Shown here piece by piece: positions 49,754 through 61,521 of a DNA stretch of 64,000 bases. Each line of letters opens with the position of its first letter. Position 1 is the stretch's first letter. The DNA lies in NCBI GenBank assembly GCA_044220955.1, contig JBGAQA010000026.1, positions 15,125 through 79,124 of the forward strand. The letters are read 5' to 3'. Under the pieces are notes generated by a model. The model did no database searches. It worked only from the letters and a program-made list of their open reading frames with translations, and was not told where the DNA came from. A program made the translations under genes and the position numbers. This DNA comes from Sandaracinaceae bacterium. Lineage in GTDB: Bacteria; Myxococcota_A; Polyangia; Polyangiales; Sandaracinaceae.

Positions 49754-49784
49754 TCGCTCCGACCAGGCGCCGGCCTCCCGGGCG

Positions 49785-51062
49785 CTATCCGCCCAGCAGG
49801 TCGCGCACGCCGTTGGCGGCGAGGCCGAGGACGACGAGGGTGGTGAGCAGCATCAGGCTGATGGCGATGCGCGGGCTCTTGTCGACGAAGTGGCCCGCCC
49901 CGCGGGTCATCCGCTTGCTGAAGGTCGCCATGCACTGCACGCGACAGCGGCCGTCGAGGATGGCGTGCAGCTCCTCGATCATCTCGTGGGCCGAGGTCCA
50001 GCGCTCGGCGGGCGCGAGGCGCAGGCCGCGCCGCAAGAAGTGCCCGTACTCCGGCCCCGCGCCCGCGTCGGACCGGAACATCCGCGTGACCCCGGCCGGC
50101 TCCGTCGTCTGGATCGCGACCAAGAGCGCAGGCAGCGTCTTGGCGTCCTCGTAGCGGTGGTGCCCGGCGTTCAAGAGCTCGTGGAACATGACGCACGCCG
50201 AGAACAGATCGCTTCGCGCGTCGAGCGCGTCGTTCTGCCCGCGCGCCTGCTCGGGCGACATGTAGAGCGGCGTCCCGATCAGCGACCCGAAGCTCGTGGC
50301 GCTCGCGCGCCCGTCGGCGGTGACGAGCGCGCTCGGATCGGCGGCGTTGCCCTCGCGGCTGCCACCGACGGGCCGCGCGACGCCCCAGTCCATGAGCACG
50401 ACCTCGCCGAAGCGCCCGATCATCACGTTCGCCGGCTTGATGTCGCGGTGGATGACGCCCTTCTCGTGAGCGAAGTGCAGCGCGCGGAGCACGCCGACGA
50501 AGATCTCCACGCGCCGCGTGATGTCGTACTCGCGCAGCGTCGCCGGATCGCCTGCCTTGATTCGCTCGATGACGCTCTCGAGGGTCTCCCCCTCGACGTA
50601 CTTCATCACGAAGAAGAGCGCGCCGTTGTCGTCGACCCCGACGTCGTGGATCGGGATGATGTTCGGGTGCTCGAGGCGACCGATGGTCCGGACCTCGTCC
50701 ACGAAGCGCGCGACGGCCGGCGGGCCGTGGGCCTCGCCGAGCAGGCGCTTGAGCGCGACGCTCCGGCCGATGTCGCGGTCCTCGACGAGCTCGACCTCGC
50801 CCATGCCGCCGCGCCCGAGCGTCTTGACCGGCTCGTAGCGCCGTCCCTCGCTGGGCACCAGGCGCGCGCCGTCCGCGCCCTTGTCGATCCGCGGCAGCAC
50901 GCTGCTGTTGGTCGTCTTCAGCGAAGGGCGCGTGGCCGAGGGCGCCACGTCCAGCGCCGGCAGCGGCGCGGCGATCGTGGCGCCGAGCGAGATCGTGAGC
51001 CCCCTCGGCAGCTCGGCCACCGTCTTGTCGAGCGCCGAGACCCCGAGTTCCGCTTGCGTCAT
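49785..51062 (-). CDS. Hanks-type Ser/Thr protein kinase with C-terminal TM
   Basis: GRGGMG, VALK, HRDIKPAN, DWG, GTPLYMSPEQ. Confidence 0.95.
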   Translation of the reverse strand: MTQAELGVSALDKTVAELPRGLTISLGATIAAPLPALDVAPSATRPSLKTTNSSVLPRIDKGADGARLVPSEGRRYEPVKTLGRGGMGEVELVEDRDIGRSVALKRLLGEAHGPPAVARFVDEVRTIGRLEHPNIIPIHDVGVDDNGALFFVMKYVEGETLESVIERIKAGDPATLREYDITRRVEIFVGVLRALHFAHEKGVIHRDIKPANVMIGRFGEVVLMDWGVARPVGGSREGNAADPSALVTADGRASATSFGSLIGTPLYMSPEQARGQNDALDARSDLFSACVMFHELLNAGHHRYEDAKTLPALLVAIQTTEPAGVTRMFRSDAGAGPEYGHFLRRGLRLAPAERWTSAHEMIEELHAILDGRCRVQCMATFSKRMTRGAGHFVDKSPRIAISLMLLTTLVVLGLAANGVRDLLGG

Positions 51063-51154
51063 GGGCTCGATTGTTTCGTCCTGCCGCCCCTGCTGACAAG
51101 GGCCGCGAAGCGAAGAAGCGTGAAGCCCGCGTGAACGAACCTGCGGCGCGGGGG

Positions 51155-54532
<3,378 letters not shown>

Positions 54533-54559
54533 CGTCTCAGCCTCTCTCCGTCGTGCCCG

Positions 54560-55759
54560 TCAGCCCGAGATCCGCATGCCGTCGGTCAGCTCTTCGAGCC
54601 GATCGGTCGCGACCACGTCGCCGGGCGAGACGCCGCGCGAGATCGTGACGCGCTCCGCGTCGCGCTCGGCGATCGACACGACGCTCTCCACGACCAGGCC
54701 GTCGCGGAGGATGAAGACCCGGCTCACGCCCGCCTGGGTGAGCACGGCCGTCGCGGGCACGGCGGCCATCTGCTGGGTCTCGCCGAGCAGGATGCGCGCG
54801 TGGGCGAACATCCCGGGACGCAGGCGGTACTCGGGATCCGAGTTGGGGATCACGGCCTCGACGACGAGGCCCCGGCTCACCCGGTCGACGGACGCGCTGA
54901 TGTAGCGGACGGTGCCGCCGAAGACGTGGTCGGTCGCGTCGACACGCACCTCGACCGCCTGGTCCTCGCGCACCTGGAAGATGCGCTCCTGCGGGACCTG
55001 CAGCTCGATGCGCAGCGGATCGGTCCGCACGAGCGTCACGAGGTGGCTCGCCGCGGTCACGTACTCGCCGGGTGACACGTCGCGCGTGGCGATCTCGCCG
55101 GCGAAGGGCGCACGGACGATCGACTCGCCCACCGCCGTGCTCGCCTGGCGCAGCGTCGTCTGCGCGCTCGCGAGGGCCGCGATCGAGGCGCGCGCGTTCT
55201 GCAGCGCGGAGGTGTAGGCCTCGCGCGAGGCCGTGGCGCGGGCCCGTGCCTCGTCGAGCTGAGCCTGGGTGAAGACGCCGTGCGCGGCGAGGCCCTCCGC
55301 CCGCTCGAGCGCCGAGTCGTTCATCTCCATCTGCGCGCGCGCGGAGAGCACCTCCGGGGTCGCGTCGGGAGCGGGCGGTGGGCCGTGCTCCTCGATGCCC
55401 AGCCGAGCGCGGGCCTGCTCGAGCTGGGCGTGCGCGGCCGAGAGCTGGAGCCGGTAGTCGGTGTCGCGCAGGCGGACCAGCGGATCGCCCTCGCCGACCA
55501 CCGCCCCTCGCTCGACGAGCACCTCGACGACGCGGCCCGGCACGATCGGGCTGACGAGCGACTCCTCGTCGGCGAGCAGCGTGCCCGAGAGCTCGAGCGT
55601 GGCGGGGACGTCGCGGGCCTCCGCGGTCGCGCTCGCGGGCGCCGTCGTCGTGAGCGGCTCGTCCGCCGTCTGGACCGCGGCGGTGGCAGGCGCGCCGTGA
55701 CACCCCATCAGGGCCAGGGCCAGTGCGAGGAGCTGGGCGGAAGCCGAGCGCGCGATCAT
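54560..55759 (-). CDS. RND periplasmic adaptor (MFP) lipoprotein
   Basis: LMGC lipobox, lipoyl halves, alpha-hairpin, LRPGMF, VPATAV; ATGA overlap with tetR. Confidence 0.94.
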   Translation of the reverse strand: MIARSASAQLLALALALMGCHGAPATAAVQTADEPLTTTAPASATAEARDVPATLELSGTLLADEESLVSPIVPGRVVEVLVERGAVVGEGDPLVRLRDTDYRLQLSAAHAQLEQARARLGIEEHGPPPAPDATPEVLSARAQMEMNDSALERAEGLAAHGVFTQAQLDEARARATASREAYTSALQNARASIAALASAQTTLRQASTAVGESIVRAPFAGEIATRDVSPGEYVTAASHLVTLVRTDPLRIELQVPQERIFQVREDQAVEVRVDATDHVFGGTVRYISASVDRVSRGLVVEAVIPNSDPEYRLRPGMFAHARILLGETQQMAAVPATAVLTQAGVSRVFILRDGLVVESVVSIAERDAERVTISRGVSPGDVVATDRLEELTDGMRISG

Positions 55760-56505
55760 CGAGCGGCCTTTCTCTTGGGTCTGCTGGATCTCTCGAGCGT
55801 CTTCGGAGGCGGCTTCCGCACGTCCTTCCGGGTCGCGCGGACGCGCGCCGGCGCGCGCGCGGAAGTCGTGGGGAGGGAAGTCGTGGGGAGGGACGCGAGC
55901 AGCTCCCCGGGGACCATCAGCCGCGCGAGGGTGTCGACGCTCGGGACTCTGAACTCGACGCCGAAGTCGATCATCGTCGAGAGCGCCAGGCCGCGCATGA
56001 AGCACATCAGGCTCGAGGCGAGCTCCTCCGCGCTCGCGTGCGAGCCGATGTCACCGCGCGCCTGACCCTCCTGGATCCGCGCGATCGCGCTCTCGTACGA
56101 CTCGCGCATGTGCACCCGCATCATCGCCCGGACCTCGGGCGCGAGGGTGCCCTCGACCAGTGCTCGGGTGATCAGGATCGAGGTCTCCGGCTCGGCGCGG
56201 ACGCGATCGAGCCAGCGGCCGAGGCTGGTCCGCATCCGATCGAGCGCGGTGCCCGGGAGCGAGTCGTCCTCGTCCATCGAGCGGCGCGCGGTCTCGAGCT
56301 TGTCCTCGAGGATCGCGCGGAAGACGGCGTCCTTGTTCTCGAAGTAGTGGTAGACGAGCCCGTGCGAGAGGCCCGCCTCCTTGGCGACGTCGGAGATCTT
56401 CGCGTCGGCGAAGCCCTTCTTCGCGAACACCCGCGTCGCGGCGCGCAGGATGTCGATCCTGCGGGCGTCCTTGATCTGCTGGTTGTCGGCGGGCGAGCGC
56501 GGCAT
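55756..56505 (-). CDS. TetR/AcrR family regulator
   Basis: HTH ISDVAKEAGLSHGLVYHYF; basic tail with LPTTS x2 (15-bp duplication 55861-55890). Confidence 0.93.
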   Translation of the reverse strand: MPRSPADNQQIKDARRIDILRAATRVFAKKGFADAKISDVAKEAGLSHGLVYHYFENKDAVFRAILEDKLETARRSMDEDDSLPGTALDRMRTSLGRWLDRVRAEPETSILITRALVEGTLAPEVRAMMRVHMRESYESAIARIQEGQARGDIGSHASAEELASSLMCFMRGLALSTMIDFGVEFRVPSVDTLARLMVPGELLASLPTTSLPTTSARAPARVRATRKDVRKPPPKTLERSSRPKRKAAR

Positions 56506-56556
56506 GTTCTCGGGGAGAGCTCGCCGCGGAGGAACCGAGGAGGCGAGCGGATGAAT

Positions 56557-56599
56557 TCGACCGATCGTTGGTTGACGCGTCAGTCAATGGCGCCAGAAT
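56557..56599. promoter_or_regulatory. TetR-type operator and promoter between tetR and tolC
   Basis: TTGAC-GCGTCA-GTCAA (56572-56587); TTGACG-N16-CAGAAT. Confidence 0.7.
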
Positions 56600-56637
56600 C
56601 GGGTCGCGTCAAGGGCCGACGCGATCAGGAGCCCCGC

Positions 56638-57936
56638 ATGCACCGAGTTGCCGCACCGATCACGTTCCTCGTTCTCGTCCTCACGGCGGCGATGGCGCCC
56701 CCTCCCGCCGCCGCGCAGCAGCCTCTCTCGGACTTCCTCGCCGGCTCCGACCACGCCTCGATCGAGCTGCGCGCCGTCGAGACGTCGGTGGACGCCGCGT
56801 GGGCGCAGACCGACCTCGCGCGCGCGCGCCTCTTGCCGAGCTTCACGGCCGCCGGCATCTACCAGCGCAACGAGGTGCAGGTGCAGCTCAACCTCGGCTG
56901 CGCCGACGGCACCATGACGTGCGCGAGCCCGCGCATCGCGAACATCCAGCTCTACGACGTCTTCAACGCATCGTTCCAGCTGAACGTCCCGCTCGTCGAC
57001 GTCCAGGGCTGGACGAGCTTCTTCGCCGCGGAGGAGTCCGCGCGCGCGGCGCGCGATCGGCTCGACGCGTCACGGGAGGACGTCCACGCCGCCGTCGTGC
57101 AGCTCTGGCACGGGCTCGTCGCGGCCCACGCCGTCCGCGACGCCGCGCAGCACAACCTGGACGCGGTCGTCGCGTCTCGGGACAACGTGCGGGCGCGCTT
57201 CGAGGCGGAGGTCGCCCCGCAGCTCGAGCTCTCGCGGGCCGAGGCCGAGGTTCTGCGCGCTCAGCAGTCCATCGCCGAGGCCGACCTCGCCATCGTGCTC
57301 GCCGAGCGCAACCTCGAGCTGCTCACGGGCGTGCACCCCTCGAGCGCGCCGCAGCCGCTCGACGACGACCTGCACGACGAGCCGGCGCTCGAGGAATTCA
57401 TGACGCGCGCCCACCAGGCGCCGAGCGTGCACGCGGCCGCCCGATCCGTGCGCGCCGCCGAGATGGCGCTCGATGCCGCGTGGGAGGGCTTGCTTCCCAC
57501 GGTCGGCGTGTCGGGCCGCGAGCTCGCCACGAACGCGTCCGGCTTCGGTCCGGCCACGCAGTGGGCGCTGATCTTCACCGCGAGCTGGTCGCTCAGCTTC
57601 CTGCAGCCGGCCCAGATCGGGCTCAGCGGAGATCAGCTCGCAGGCGCGCACGCGCAGGAGGATCTCGCCGTGCAGCAGGCCGAGACGCGCGTGTTCGAGC
57701 AGTGGCACCGTGTCCAGTCGCTCCGCACGCGGGCGGCCGCGGCGATCGGCGCCCGCGACGCGCTCGCTCGCGCCGCGCAGGACGCGCACGCGCGCTACGA
57801 GGCGGGCGTCGCGACGCAGCTCGAGGTGATCACCGCGGACCGCGACCTGCTCCAGGCCGAGGTCGCGCGCATCCTGGCCGTGGCCGACCTCGGCGTCGCG
57901 CGCCACACGCTGCACATCCGGGCGGGCGACGAGTAG
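56638..57936 (+). CDS. TolC family outer-membrane efflux protein
   Basis: Signal peptide; two repeats with LP.., ARFEA/ARYEAG..LE; divergent from the RND operon. Confidence 0.9.
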   Translation: MHRVAAPITFLVLVLTAAMAPPPAAAQQPLSDFLAGSDHASIELRAVETSVDAAWAQTDLARARLLPSFTAAGIYQRNEVQVQLNLGCADGTMTCASPRIANIQLYDVFNASFQLNVPLVDVQGWTSFFAAEESARAARDRLDASREDVHAAVVQLWHGLVAAHAVRDAAQHNLDAVVASRDNVRARFEAEVAPQLELSRAEAEVLRAQQSIAEADLAIVLAERNLELLTGVHPSSAPQPLDDDLHDEPALEEFMTRAHQAPSVHAAARSVRAAEMALDAAWEGLLPTVGVSGRELATNASGFGPATQWALIFTASWSLSFLQPAQIGLSGDQLAGAHAQEDLAVQQAETRVFEQWHRVQSLRTRAAAAIGARDALARAAQDAHARYEAGVATQLEVITADRDLLQAEVARILAVADLGVARHTLHIRAGDE

Positions 57937-57948
57937 CGCCCGGCCGGA

Positions 57949-58371
57949 TCAGGCGAGGGCGTCGGACGCGACCACGAGGGCGACGACCAGCTCGGCGAGC
58001 ACCCGCCGATCGAAGGGGCGCGTCAGGGTGGCGAAGACGCCCGCGAGTCGCGCCGCGAGGGCCCGCGCTTCCGTCTCGTGCTCCTGCTCGTCCTTCTTGG
58101 CGCGGTCGGAGACGAGCACGATGGGCACGCCCGGGCTCGACGCGTGGATGCGACGCGCGACCTCGAGACCTCCGGGCATCGCGTCGCTCAGCACCACGAC
58201 ACCGGCGGGCCATTGCTCGAGGAGCGCGAGCGCGGCGTCGCCGCTCCCCGTGCCCACCACCCGCGCCCCGCTCTCTCCGAGCGCGCGCGCGAGCTGGGTC
58301 TGTGTCACGGGATCGTCATCGACCAGGAGGACGCTGGGCTGTCGGTCGGCTCGGGGATGGGCGTCGTCCAT
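57949..58371 (-). CDS. Atypical (pseudo-)receiver domain protein
   Basis: VLLVDDD present; VVLSDAMP and TRPF deviate at the phospho-Asp and Lys positions. Confidence 0.75.
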   Translation of the reverse strand: MDDAHPRADRQPSVLLVDDDPVTQTQLARALGESGARVVGTGSGDAALALLEQWPAGVVVLSDAMPGGLEVARRIHASSPGVPIVLVSDRAKKDEQEHETEARALAARLAGVFATLTRPFDRRVLAELVVALVVASDALA

Positions 58372-58499
58372 GTCGGTGCTCACTCGAACGTACGCTGGCG
58401 CACCCCTGTTCCATTCCCGTGGCGGCCGCACGAAGGTCCCGTTGCACGATCGCGTCGCTGCGTTTGATCCGCGCGAAGGGAAACGTATATCTTCCGCCC

Positions 58500-59243
58500 G
58501 TGCGTCCGCCCCCCCTGCCCCACCAGACCGGCTTGCTCGCGAGCCTCATCGAGAAGCTCCCCGCGTGGCAGGCCCAGACGGGGCGCTCCCCGCTGATGGT
58601 CTTCGATCTGGACGCGACGCTCTTCGACAACCGGCCGCGCACGCTCGAGATCCTCATGAATTATCGTGAAGAGATCGCCTCGCAGCAGCCCGAGGTGGCC
58701 GACGCGCTCGGGGCGCTCACGGCCGACAAGATCCACTACCTCCTCTCCGACACGCTACGCGGCTGCGGGATCACGCGGGCGAACGTGGTGAGCGACGTGA
58801 CGCGCTTCTGGCACGACCGCTTCTTCACGGACGAGCACTGCCAGTTCGACGCGCCGATCGAGGGAGCCGCCGAGTACGTGCGCGCGTGCCACGAGGCCGG
58901 CGCCGTGGTCGTGTACATGACCGGCCGCGACGTCGCCGGGATGCTGCTCGGGACGATGTCCTCGCTGCGCGACTGCGGCTTCCCGATCGCGGTCGCCGGC
59001 ACCGAGGTCGTGCTGAAGCCCGACGCCACGATGCCCGACGAGGCGTTCAAGCGCAGCGCGCTCCCGACGCTCGAGCGCCTGGGCGACGTGGTCGCGTTCT
59101 TCGACAACGAACCGGCGAACTGCAACCTCGCGAAGGTGATGTTCCCCGACGCGACGATCGTCCTGCTCGACACGCAGAAGGTGCCCTACGCCCCCGAGCT
59201 CGCCGAGGACGTGCAGGTCGTGACGGATTTTCGCGTGACGTGA
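58500..59243 (+). CDS. HAD-superfamily hydrolase
   Basis: FDLDATLFD, MTGR, K, FFDNE; TATCTT-N6-GTG. Confidence 0.88.
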   Translation: MRPPPLPHQTGLLASLIEKLPAWQAQTGRSPLMVFDLDATLFDNRPRTLEILMNYREEIASQQPEVADALGALTADKIHYLLSDTLRGCGITRANVVSDVTRFWHDRFFTDEHCQFDAPIEGAAEYVRACHEAGAVVVYMTGRDVAGMLLGTMSSLRDCGFPIAVAGTEVVLKPDATMPDEAFKRSALPTLERLGDVVAFFDNEPANCNLAKVMFPDATIVLLDTQKVPYAPELAEDVQVVTDFRVT

Positions 59244-59626
59244 TGGCCCGGGCGCTCCTCACGCTGGTCGCCGTGGCAGCGGGGATCGCGGGGTGCGGGC
59301 CGGACGCGCGGCTGACGTACGCGCAAGAGACCGCCGAGCTCTCGGCGTCGGCGATCCTCGAGATCGAGACCTCGGGTGGCGAGGATCCGGAGCTCGCCCC
59401 GGCGCTCGAGCGCGCCCACGTGCGCCTGCGCGAGATCGAGCACTCGATCGACCTCTGGCGCGACCACGGCGGCCCGCTCGCGTACCGCGTCCACTCGCAG
59501 TGCCTCCGCAGCGCGCTCCAGCAGCTCCGCGCGCTCTTGACGGCGAGCGGGCGCCCGGTGCCGCAGGATCTCGAGACGGCCGAGGCGATGCTCGGCGAGG
59601 TCGCCGATCACGCGTGCCCGCCGTAG
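59243..59626 (+). CDS. Small lipoprotein
   Basis: IAGC lipobox; TGATG overlap. Confidence 0.7.
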   Translation: MARALLTLVAVAAGIAGCGPDARLTYAQETAELSASAILEIETSGGEDPELAPALERAHVRLREIEHSIDLWRDHGGPLAYRVHSQCLRSALQQLRALLTASGRPVPQDLETAEAMLGEVADHACPP

Positions 59627-59629
59627 GCG

Positions 59630-60253
59630 CTACGCCGCGCGGAGATCGACGAACTCCGAGTGCCGCTCGAGCGCTACGAGCCGGCGCTCTACCCAGAGCG
59701 GCAAGGGCCCGTAGATCTTGCGGAGGGCGCCGTCCATCGTACGCGCGCAGAGACGCGCCTCGGTCGCGTCGATCGAGTTGTCGTACACGTAGACGCGATC
59801 GGCGAGGCGCATGGCCGCTCCGAGGTTCGCCATCGAGCGCTCGTAGCGGCTCACGATCTTCTCGATCGGTACGGTGTGACCGCCCTGCATGACGCGGTCC
59901 GCGACGCGAGCCGCGTTGATGCGGGGATCGGACGTTCCAACGAAGAAGACGCGAACGAAGTAGCCCTTCACGCGCGCGCGATCGATGAAGTCGATCTTGT
60001 CCGGAGCCGAGAGCACGGTCTCGAACGCAATCCCGTCGCCTCGCGCAAGCAGCTCCTCGCGACGCGCCGTCGTCCAGACGGCGGCGTTCCGCACCGCCTC
60101 GGGCGAGTTCCAGTCGCCGAACCGATCGCGCGCGACGTCGTCCGGATTCAGATACTCGACGCCGTGGCTCCACCGCTCCTGCCGAAGTCGCGCCGTCACG
60201 GTCGTCTTGCCCGCCCCGTTCGGCCCTGCGATCACGAGCAGGACGGGCCTCAC
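59630..60253 (-). CDS. Zeta-toxin-like P-loop ATPase/kinase
   Basis: GPNGAGKTT, FETVLS, RV..GGH.VP, YDNS; GTGA overlap with the upstream small gene. Confidence 0.85.
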   Translation of the reverse strand: MRPVLLVIAGPNGAGKTTVTARLRQERWSHGVEYLNPDDVARDRFGDWNSPEAVRNAAVWTTARREELLARGDGIAFETVLSAPDKIDFIDRARVKGYFVRVFFVGTSDPRINAARVADRVMQGGHTVPIEKIVSRYERSMANLGAAMRLADRVYVYDNSIDATEARLCARTMDGALRKIYGPLPLWVERRLVALERHSEFVDLRAA

Positions 60254-60441
60254 CGAGCCGCACCCCGCTTCCGCTCCGCCAGCGTCGCGAGCACCCGCGC
60301 ACTCTCCCGCTCGATCCGCTCCTCCAGCGCGGCCAGCGCCCGGTCGTGGGCAGCGCCGACGCCCGCAAACGCCTCGCGCGAGAGCTCCTGGAGCTCGTCG
60401 TCGGTTGGCTCGCGATCGGGGTCGGCGAAGTTGGTCCTCAC
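60250..60441 (-). CDS. Small helical protein, putative antitoxin
   Basis: 63 aa, acidic N-half; TATCAT-N6-GTG; translationally coupled to the ATPase. Confidence 0.65.
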   Translation of the reverse strand: MRTNFADPDREPTDDELQELSREAFAGVGAAHDRALAALEERIERESARVLATLAERKRGAAR

Positions 60442-60497
60442 CCAGCCATGATAGCGCCCCCGGGCGGCGGCGACGACACCGCGGCACGTGCGCGAGG

Positions 60498-61403
60498 TCA
60501 GCTCTTGTAGATCGCCATCACGTCGGAGAGCAGCTTCACCGACTCGGCCTTCGGACGCTGGAAGGCGTTGCGGCCCATGATGGAGCCGAACCCGCCGCCC
60601 GCGTGGATGCCCTTGATCTCGGCCAGCACGTCGGCGCTGGCCTTGGCCTCGCCGCCCGAGAAGATCACGATGCGCCGGCCCTCGAAGCAGGCGCGCACGA
60701 CGTGGCGGATGCGATCCTCCATCGTCTCCTTCGCGATCTTCTCGTAGGGCTTCTTGTTGTCGTCGCGCTCGATGTGCGAGCTGGGCGGCTTCACCTTCAC
60801 GACGTGCGCGCCGAGCTGGCAGGCGATGTGCGCGCTGTACGCGATCACGTCGAGCGCCGTCTCGCCCTGCTTGCTCATGCCGCCGCGCGCGTAGCTCCAG
60901 AGCACCGTCGGCAGGCCCGCGTCGCGCGCCTCGGCGATGAGCTCCTTGATCTGTGCGTAGGTCGTGTTCCGCGCGGGGCTGCCGGGGTAGATCGTGAAGC
61001 CGATCGCCGAGCAGCCGAGGCGCACGGCGTCCTTCACGCTCGAGGTGAGCGCCGACGCCGGCGCGCCCGGATCCCCGAGGAGGTCGCTGTTGTTCACCTT
61101 GAGGATGAGCGGCACCACGCCCGCGTACTTGTGCGCGGCGACCTGGAGCTGGCCGAGCGGCGCCGCGTATGCGTTGCAGCCGCTCTCGAGCGCGAGGGCC
61201 GGGTGGTAGAAGGGATCGTAGCCGGCCGGGTTCGGCTCGAACGTGCGGCCCGGGCCGTGCTCGAAGCCCTGATCGACGGGCAGGATCACCATCTTGCCGG
61301 TGCCCGCGAGCGTGCCGGTGTTGAGCATCTTGCGCAGGTTGCCGACGACGCCCGGCGTCTCCCCCGCATAGTTCGACAGGATCTTCTCGACGATCTCGCT
61401 CAT
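60498..61403 (-). CDS. fbaB: Class I (DhnA-type) fructose-bisphosphate aldolase
   Basis: PVDQGFEHGP, LKVN, VKVK Schiff-base Lys, SGG, GRNAFQR. Confidence 0.93.
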   Translation of the reverse strand: MSEIVEKILSNYAGETPGVVGNLRKMLNTGTLAGTGKMVILPVDQGFEHGPGRTFEPNPAGYDPFYHPALALESGCNAYAAPLGQLQVAAHKYAGVVPLILKVNNSDLLGDPGAPASALTSSVKDAVRLGCSAIGFTIYPGSPARNTTYAQIKELIAEARDAGLPTVLWSYARGGMSKQGETALDVIAYSAHIACQLGAHVVKVKPPSSHIERDDNKKPYEKIAKETMEDRIRHVVRACFEGRRIVIFSGGEAKASADVLAEIKGIHAGGGFGSIMGRNAFQRPKAESVKLLSDVMAIYKS

Positions 61404-61521
61404 GGCCGTCTCCCTCCGAGGCGGGCCGTTTGTAGCACGAGAGGCGGGGCGCGGCGGTGACCGGCCACGATCGGCGGATCCGCCCGCCGCCTGGATCGAG
61501 GTGCTGCGCCCGCGTGACGGC

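Noticed and set aside
59627..60497. Mobile element carrying the TA-like pair
   Set aside because: No transposase, integrase, terminal inverted repeats or target duplication visible
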